A stretch of 64,000 nt of DNA from NCBI GenBank assembly GCA_964506945.1, contig CAZDOC010000002.1:42834-106833 (forward strand), read 5' to 3'. The stretch is from an uncultured Gammaproteobacteria bacterium (GTDB taxonomy: Bacteria > Pseudomonadota > Gammaproteobacteria > CAZDOC01). Under the pieces are notes generated by a model. It searched no databases. It was not told the origin of the DNA and saw only the letters and a program-made list of their open reading frames with translations. Each line of letters starts with the position of its first letter. Position 1 is the first letter of the stretch. Of the stretch, positions 59,187-64,000 are shown in pieces. Both the position numbers and the translations under genes were made by a program.

Positions 59187-59731
59187 GGCGCCAGGGCCTC
59201 GCTGTGCCAGGGGCTGGACAGCCACCATTGCGGGGACAGATAGGCGATGGGCTGCAGCGGCGCCGGCAGGCTTTCGGTGGCCAGGGCCAGCCTCATCTCG
59301 ACCACGTGACCGTGGGGATCGGGCAGGCGTTCCTGCTCGATCACCGGCAGGGACTGGATATGACCCAGGGCCAGCAGGGCCTGGTCCAGGTCGTGGAAGC
59401 TCTCCTGGGTCCCCAGGGTCAGATTGCTGACCAGGTAGCGCTGACTGAGGGCATGGTAGGCGATGCGATAGTCCTGGCGCAGGCGGCTGACCGTCTCATC
59501 CCACAGGTAACGGCGCTTGCGCACGACCTTGATGGTCATGGCGAAGGTCAGCGGCACACCGCTGCGCAAGGCCTTGAGGGCCTCCGCGCCGAGGTCGTAA
59601 TCGAGTGAGGCATTGAGCATGTAGACGCCGTTTCGCAGATGGATGGTGACGTGATCGATGCGGATCTCTCCACCCATGGCCGGGCGGCAGCCCAGCCACA
59701 GGAGGCAGGCCCACAGGCCCGCCAGGCGCAT
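59183..59731 (-). CDS. DUF4390 domain protein.
   Basis: Signal peptide MRLAGLWACLLWLGC and a body with the layout recalled for the DUF4390 gene conserved between rsmB and ntrY. Confidence 0.55.
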   Translation of the reverse strand: MRLAGLWACLLWLGCRPAMGGEIRIDHVTIHLRNGVYMLNASLDYDLGAEALKALRSGVPLTFAMTIKVVRKRRYLWDETVSRLRQDYRIAYHALSQRYLVSNLTLGTQESFHDLDQALLALGHIQSLPVIEQERLPDPHGHVVEMRLALATESLPAPLQPIAYLSPQWWLSSPWHSEALAP

Positions 59732-59762
59732 GATGGCGATGACGCGGGCGGGCAAGGCCGGA

Positions 59763-61058
59763 CTAGCCCCGCTTGTCGATAGCACAGTAATAGAAGCCAT
59801 CCCGATCGGATTCCCCCGGTAATACCTGGCGGCCATAATCGCGCTCGTGACCATACTCCGGCGCCAGCGGTGGCAGGCTGGCGCCGGGCAGGCAGGTGAG
59901 CAGGCCCGCGATCATGCGGTCGTTTTCCTCCGCCAATACCGAGCAGCTTGCATAGACCATCCTGCCTCCTGCCCGCAGCAGGGGCCAGAGGGCCAGGACC
60001 AGGCGCCGCTGGCGTGCCGCAAGGGTAGCAATATCCCCACTCCTGCGCAGCAGCTTGATGTCGGGGTGACGGCGGATGACCCCGGTGCCGGAGCAAGGCG
60101 CATCGATGAGGATCCGGTCGAAGTCCTCGCCGGCGGCCCATTCCCCGGGCCGCGTGGCGTCACCGAGGCGGGTCTCGGCATCCAGGCCCAGACGCTTCAG
60201 GGTTTCTTCGAGGCGTTGCATGCGACCTGCATCCGGATCCAGGGCCAGGAGCCGCCGCAGTTCCGGTTCCGACTCCAGGATATGGGCGCTCTTGCCACCG
60301 GGGGCGGCACAGGCATCCAGGACCTCCAGTCCCGGGCGCAGGTCCAGCAGTGGGGCCACGGCCTGGGCGGCGGCATCCTGGACCGAGACCGCGCCCGTGG
60401 CAAAGCCCGGCAGGCGGTCCACATCCAGCGCCCGGGCCAGGGTGATGCCGTGGCGGGTGTGCGGCGCCGGGGCGGCGGCGATACCGCTGGCGGCGAGACG
60501 TTGCAGGTAATCCTCACGCTGGTGCTGGCGCGCATTCACGCGCAGGGTCATCGGCGCCCGGCGGTTGTTCGCGGCCGCGATCGCCTGCCAGTCGTCGGGC
60601 CAGTCCCGGCGCAGTCGGCGCAACAGCCAGCCGGGGTGGGCGTAATGGCAGGTTTCTGATTGCCGGCACGCCTCGCGCAGGGCATCCTGTTCCCTGATGG
60701 CGCGGCGCAGCACCGCATTGATCAGGCCGACGCTCCAGGCTTTGCGCAAGCCGCGTCCGGCCCCGGCGGTGGCCGAGACCACGGCATGGGCGGGGGTGTC
60801 GAGATGCAGGATCTGATACAGCCCGATCAGCAGCAGCGCCTGAACATCGCCATCCTTGCCGCGCAAGGGTCGTTCCAGCAGTCCTTCCAGCAGCGAACTC
60901 AACTGCGGCTGCCAGCGCAGCACGCCATAGCAGAGTTCGCGCGCATGGGCGCGGTCCCTGGATTCGGTGAGCCGGGCCAGCGGGGCCAGGCTGCTATCCA
61001 GCGAGCGACCGGTGCTGACGGCGGCGATGGCGCGGGCGGCGATGGCGCGGGCATCCAT
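59763..61058 (-). CDS. rsmB: 16S rRNA (cytosine967-C5)-methyltransferase RsmB.
   Basis: NusB-like N-terminal domain followed by a SAM methyltransferase (LDACAAPGGKSAHIL, DRILIDAPCSGTGVIRRHPDIK). It is downstream of fmt. Start set at MDARAIAARAI. Confidence 0.85.
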   Translation of the reverse strand: MDARAIAARAIAAVSTGRSLDSSLAPLARLTESRDRAHARELCYGVLRWQPQLSSLLEGLLERPLRGKDGDVQALLLIGLYQILHLDTPAHAVVSATAGAGRGLRKAWSVGLINAVLRRAIREQDALREACRQSETCHYAHPGWLLRRLRRDWPDDWQAIAAANNRRAPMTLRVNARQHQREDYLQRLAASGIAAAPAPHTRHGITLARALDVDRLPGFATGAVSVQDAAAQAVAPLLDLRPGLEVLDACAAPGGKSAHILESEPELRRLLALDPDAGRMQRLEETLKRLGLDAETRLGDATRPGEWAAGEDFDRILIDAPCSGTGVIRRHPDIKLLRRSGDIATLAARQRRLVLALWPLLRAGGRMVYASCSVLAEENDRMIAGLLTCLPGASLPPLAPEYGHERDYGRQVLPGESDRDGFYYCAIDKRG

Positions 61059-61065
61059 GGAGCGG

Positions 61066-62007
61066 TCAGCGGGCACTGAAAAAATCGGGATGGGCATTGA
61101 GGAAATCACGCACCGCCACGGGTTTCCTGCCCGGTAACTGCAGGCGCGTGATACGGACAACGCCGTCGGCGGCGGCGACATCGATCCCGGCCGTGGTGCA
61201 GGCGATCACCGTGCCGGGCGGGGTCCGGCATTCGGCGCTCAGTGGCCGGGCTTCCCAGATGCGCATGTCCTGGCCCTGCAAGCGGGTATGGGCGATCGGT
61301 CGCGGGTTGAAGGCACGGATATCGCGGCCGATCTCGATGGCGCTGCGGCTCCAGTCGATGGCGGCTTCCTGCTTGCTGATCTTGTCGGCATAGGTGGCCA
61401 GCGCCTCGTCCTGGGGACGGGCCGGGCAGCGATCGGCAAGGATGTCATCCAGGTTCTCCAGCAGGGTCTCCGCACCCAGCGCGGCCAGGCGTCGATGCAG
61501 GCTGGCGGCGGTGTCATGGTCCTCGATGGGCATACTGCGCTGGCTCAGCACCGGACCGGTATCGAGGCCGATCTCCATGCGCATCAGGCTGATCCCGGTC
61601 TCGCGGTCACCGGCCTGCAGGGCGCGCTCTATCGGCGCCGCCCCCCGCCAGCGGGGCAGCAGCGAGGCATGGACGTTGACGCAGCCCCGGCGGGGAATAT
61701 CCAGGACCGCCTGCGGCAGCAGCAGGCCGTAGGCGACCACGATCATCAGGTCCGGGCGTAGCGCGGCCAGTACCTCCCGGGTCTCCGTATCGCGCAGGCC
61801 CGGAGGCTGGTACAGTTCCAGGCCATGCCCCAGGGCCAGTTCCTTGACCGCCGAGGGTCGGGGCCTGCGGCCCCTGCCGGCGCGCCGGTCGGGCTGGGTA
61901 TAGACGCCCACGATGTCATGTCCCCCCTGCCGGATCAGTGCTTCCAGGCAGCGTGCGGCGAATTCTGGCGTGCCGGCGAAGACCAGTCGTTTTCGTGTCG
62001 GGTTCAT
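61066..62007 (-). CDS. fmt: Methionyl-tRNA formyltransferase.
   Basis: LVFAGTPEFAARCLEALI...GCVNVHASLLPRWRGAAPIERA. It forms a def-fmt pair. Confidence 0.92.
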   Translation of the reverse strand: MNPTRKRLVFAGTPEFAARCLEALIRQGGHDIVGVYTQPDRRAGRGRRPRPSAVKELALGHGLELYQPPGLRDTETREVLAALRPDLMIVVAYGLLLPQAVLDIPRRGCVNVHASLLPRWRGAAPIERALQAGDRETGISLMRMEIGLDTGPVLSQRSMPIEDHDTAASLHRRLAALGAETLLENLDDILADRCPARPQDEALATYADKISKQEAAIDWSRSAIEIGRDIRAFNPRPIAHTRLQGQDMRIWEARPLSAECRTPPGTVIACTTAGIDVAAADGVVRITRLQLPGRKPVAVRDFLNAHPDFFSAR

Positions 62008-62061
62008 GGTGTCCGTCGGGGTGTCAAAGGGTCCGCCGCCATGGATGGCCGGGACCAGGCG

Positions 62062-62565
62062 TCACAGATTCTGGCGCTGGTGTTTCTCCAGCTTCTTGCG
62101 GATGCGGCGTTGCTTCAGTGGGGACAGATAGTCCACGAACAGTTTGCCATCCAGGTGGTCGATCTCGTGTTGTATGCATACCGCCAGGAGACCTTCGACC
62201 TGCATTTCAAACACCTCACCCTCCAGGTTCAGGGCGCGGAAACGGATGTGCTCGGCGCGCTGCACGGTTTCGTAGATACCCGGTACCGACAGGCAGCCCT
62301 CCTCCATCTCCTCGCTGCCCTCGCTGGACAGGATCCGGGGGTTGATCAGGCACAGCGGACTTTCCTTGTTCTCCGAGACATCCACCACCAGCAGGCGTTT
62401 GTGGATGTTGACCTGGGTTGCCGCCAGACCGATCCCCGGGGCGGCGTACATGGTCTCCAGCATGTCCGCGCCGAGTTGGCGGATGCTCTCATCGACCGTT
62501 TCCACCGGGGTGGCCTTGTTGCGCAGCCGTGGGTCGGGATAGTGCAGTATTTCCAGGATCGCCAT
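62062..62565 (-). CDS. def: Peptide deformylase.
   Basis: Start at [15 protein letters not shown]. Motifs [17 protein letters not shown] and QHEIDHLDG. The track ORF extends 25 codons upstream. Confidence 0.92.
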   Translation of the reverse strand: MAILEILHYPDPRLRNKATPVETVDESIRQLGADMLETMYAAPGIGLAATQVNIHKRLLVVDVSENKESPLCLINPRILSSEGSEEMEEGCLSVPGIYETVQRAEHIRFRALNLEGEVFEMQVEGLLAVCIQHEIDHLDGKLFVDYLSPLKQRRIRKKLEKHQRQNL

Positions 62566-62608
62566 ACGGAACGGCTCGTCTCGCAAAAAAATCTGTTTAT
62601 CTAAGGTA

Positions 62609-62636
62609 CTGATAATAACGCAATTCCGGCAGTCAA
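62609..62636 (-). promoter_or_regulatory. Candidate sigma-70 promoter for def-fmt-rsmB.
   Basis: On the - strand, TTGACT (complement of 62636-62631), a 16-nt spacer, then TATCAG (62614-62609), about 40 nt upstream of the def ATG. The -10 element is only a partial match. Confidence 0.3.
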
Positions 62637-62642
62637 CCAATG

Positions 62643-62692
62643 AATTTCAGGGAACAGGGGGGGAATGGCTTCATTTTTCCCTGAAATTTTTG
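62643..62692 (+). promoter_or_regulatory. Perfect 12-bp inverted repeat with a 22-nt loop and a trailing T-run in the def/LysM divergent intergenic region.
   Basis: AATTTCAGGGAA (62643-62654), then cagggggggaatggcttcattt, then TTCCCTGAAATT (62677-62688) followed by TTTTT. It lies about 40 bp upstream of the LysM gene. A second small palindrome GTCCTAAGGAC overlaps the RBS region. Confidence 0.4.
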
Positions 62693-62729
62693 CTAAACTA
62701 CGTTAAACAGTTGTCCTAAGGACTATGAT

Positions 62730-63932
62730 ATGACAGCAAAAAATCTCATCGGACTCGTTCTGTTGTTGTTCGCGCTCCCGCTCGCCGCCGATGTCGTAAA
62801 GCTGAACCCCAATCATCCGGATCGCTACGTGGTGGTCAAGGGGGACACCCTTTGGGATATCTCCGGGCGTTTCCTGGAGAAGCCCTGGCGCTGGCCGGAG
62901 ATCTGGCATATCAATCCCCAGATCGAGGATCCGCACTGGATCTATCCCGGTGACGTGATTGCGCTGGAGTATGTCAACGGCCAGCCCGTGCTGACCCTCC
63001 AGCGTGGCGGCGGCATGCGCAACGGGCGCGACATCAAGCTCTCGCCGAGCGTACGTGAATACAGCCACGATGAGGCCATCAAGCCGATCCCGCTGGACGC
63101 CATCCAGCAGTTCCTGAGCCGCCCGCGGGTGGTGACCAAGGAGCAACTGGACGCCGCGCCCTATGTGGTGGCCAGTTATGACGAGCACCTGGTTGCCGGC
63201 AGTGGCAACAAGATCTATGTGCGCAGTCTCGACGCCAAGGACCGCGATACCGCCTATGGCGTCTATCGTCCTGGCGAGGTCTATCGCAATCCCGGCGCCG
63301 CCAAGGACGATATCCTGGGCTATGAGGCCTTGTTCGTCGCCGATGCCAGCGTCGAGAAAACCGGGGATCCCGCCTCGCTGGTGGTGACCCGCGCCGAGCG
63401 CGAGGTACTGATCGGTGATCGCCTGCTGCCCCTGACCCAGGAGCCCATCCCCTATTTCGTCCCCCATGCCCCGGCCGCCGGGATCGATGGCAGCATCATC
63501 GCGGTCGTCGATGGGGTCTCCCAGATCGGTCAGTACCAGATCGTGGTCTTGAACAAGGGTGGCAATGACGGGCTAGACCAGGGAACGGTACTCGCGATCT
63601 TCCAGAGCGGCGCCATGGTCAGGGACCGGATCGGCACCGAGCCGGACGAAAAGACCCGCAAGCGCCAGGAACAGGAACATGAAGCCGGGCGCATCCACTT
63701 CCAGCATGAGGATAGCGGCGCCATCGACAGCGCCCTGACCCATATCGTCAACGACGTGCGCGAGAACTGGCATGCCCTGACCAAGCGGCGCTATGGCGGG
63801 GTCGATGTGGAACTGCCGGAGGAACGGATCGGGGAACTGATGGTGTTCCGCAGCTTTGACCGCATCAGCTATGCCTTGATCATGCAGATCAGCCGGCCGG
63901 TTCACATCCACGACAGCGTACGCAATCCCTGA
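62730..63932 (+). CDS. LysM peptidoglycan-binding domain protein.
   Basis: Signal peptide, then the LysM motif YVVVKGDTLWDISGRFLEKPWRWPEIWHINPQIEDPHWIYPGDVI. A large periplasmic body follows. It is divergent from def, as in many gammaproteobacteria. Confidence 0.8.
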   Translation: MTAKNLIGLVLLLFALPLAADVVKLNPNHPDRYVVVKGDTLWDISGRFLEKPWRWPEIWHINPQIEDPHWIYPGDVIALEYVNGQPVLTLQRGGGMRNGRDIKLSPSVREYSHDEAIKPIPLDAIQQFLSRPRVVTKEQLDAAPYVVASYDEHLVAGSGNKIYVRSLDAKDRDTAYGVYRPGEVYRNPGAAKDDILGYEALFVADASVEKTGDPASLVVTRAEREVLIGDRLLPLTQEPIPYFVPHAPAAGIDGSIIAVVDGVSQIGQYQIVVLNKGGNDGLDQGTVLAIFQSGAMVRDRIGTEPDEKTRKRQEQEHEAGRIHFQHEDSGAIDSALTHIVNDVRENWHALTKRRYGGVDVELPEERIGELMVFRSFDRISYALIMQISRPVHIHDSVRNP

Positions 63933-64000
63933 GATCGCGCCGGGAGGGTCAGGGATGACAGCCGCAGCGGACCCGGCATCGCTGAAATACTGGCTGGCCC

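Noticed and set aside
57045-59243. 732-aa + strand ORF.
   Set aside because: It is antisense to the ntrY-like histidine kinase, which has H-box and G-box motifs on the - strand.

Overview
High-GC chromosomal segment, evidently from a gammaproteobacterium; no closer organism assignment was attempted. Most of it is conserved housekeeping synteny: acyP and proS; ilvIH-ilvC-pssA-leuA; a family-4 uracil-DNA glycosylase and rimI; cysM; yibQ-ctpA-envC-gpmI divergent from yibN-secB-gpsA; trmL and pyrD; trkH-trkA-ntrX-ntrY-DUF4390-rsmB-fmt-def divergent from a LysM protein. The outstanding feature is a complete MSHA-type type IVa pilus locus of about 19 kb (26.4-45.5 kb). Its gene order is non-canonical: a large LamG-domain MshQ-like gene sits at the head, followed by mshI/I2/J/K/L/M/N/E/G, a 168-bp low-GC segment bounded by 22-bp inverted repeats, mshF-like, one major pilin gene with a strong terminator, and then an O-antigen-ligase (Wzy_C/PglL/TfpO-like) gene inserted between the pilin and the minor pilins mshC/D/O/P. 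That arrangement predicts an O-glycosylated MSHA pilin, which I do not know to have been described for MSHA loci. Other notable items are a YdbH(AsmA-like)-YnbE/YdbL envelope module followed by a PolB-exonuclease-like gene whose three catalytic motifs are all degenerate, a GT39/ArnT-like glycosyltransferase, an orphan RTX-type T1SS pair (HlyB with C39-like domain plus HlyD) with no substrate in cis, a class-1 (Cys-base) dihydroorotate dehydrogenase homolog, and an intact MshEN c-di-GMP-binding N-terminus on MshE. No rRNA, tRNA, CRISPR or transposase genes were recognised by eye. Several long + or - strand ORFs in the track are antisense artefacts of GC-rich coding regions and were rejected.
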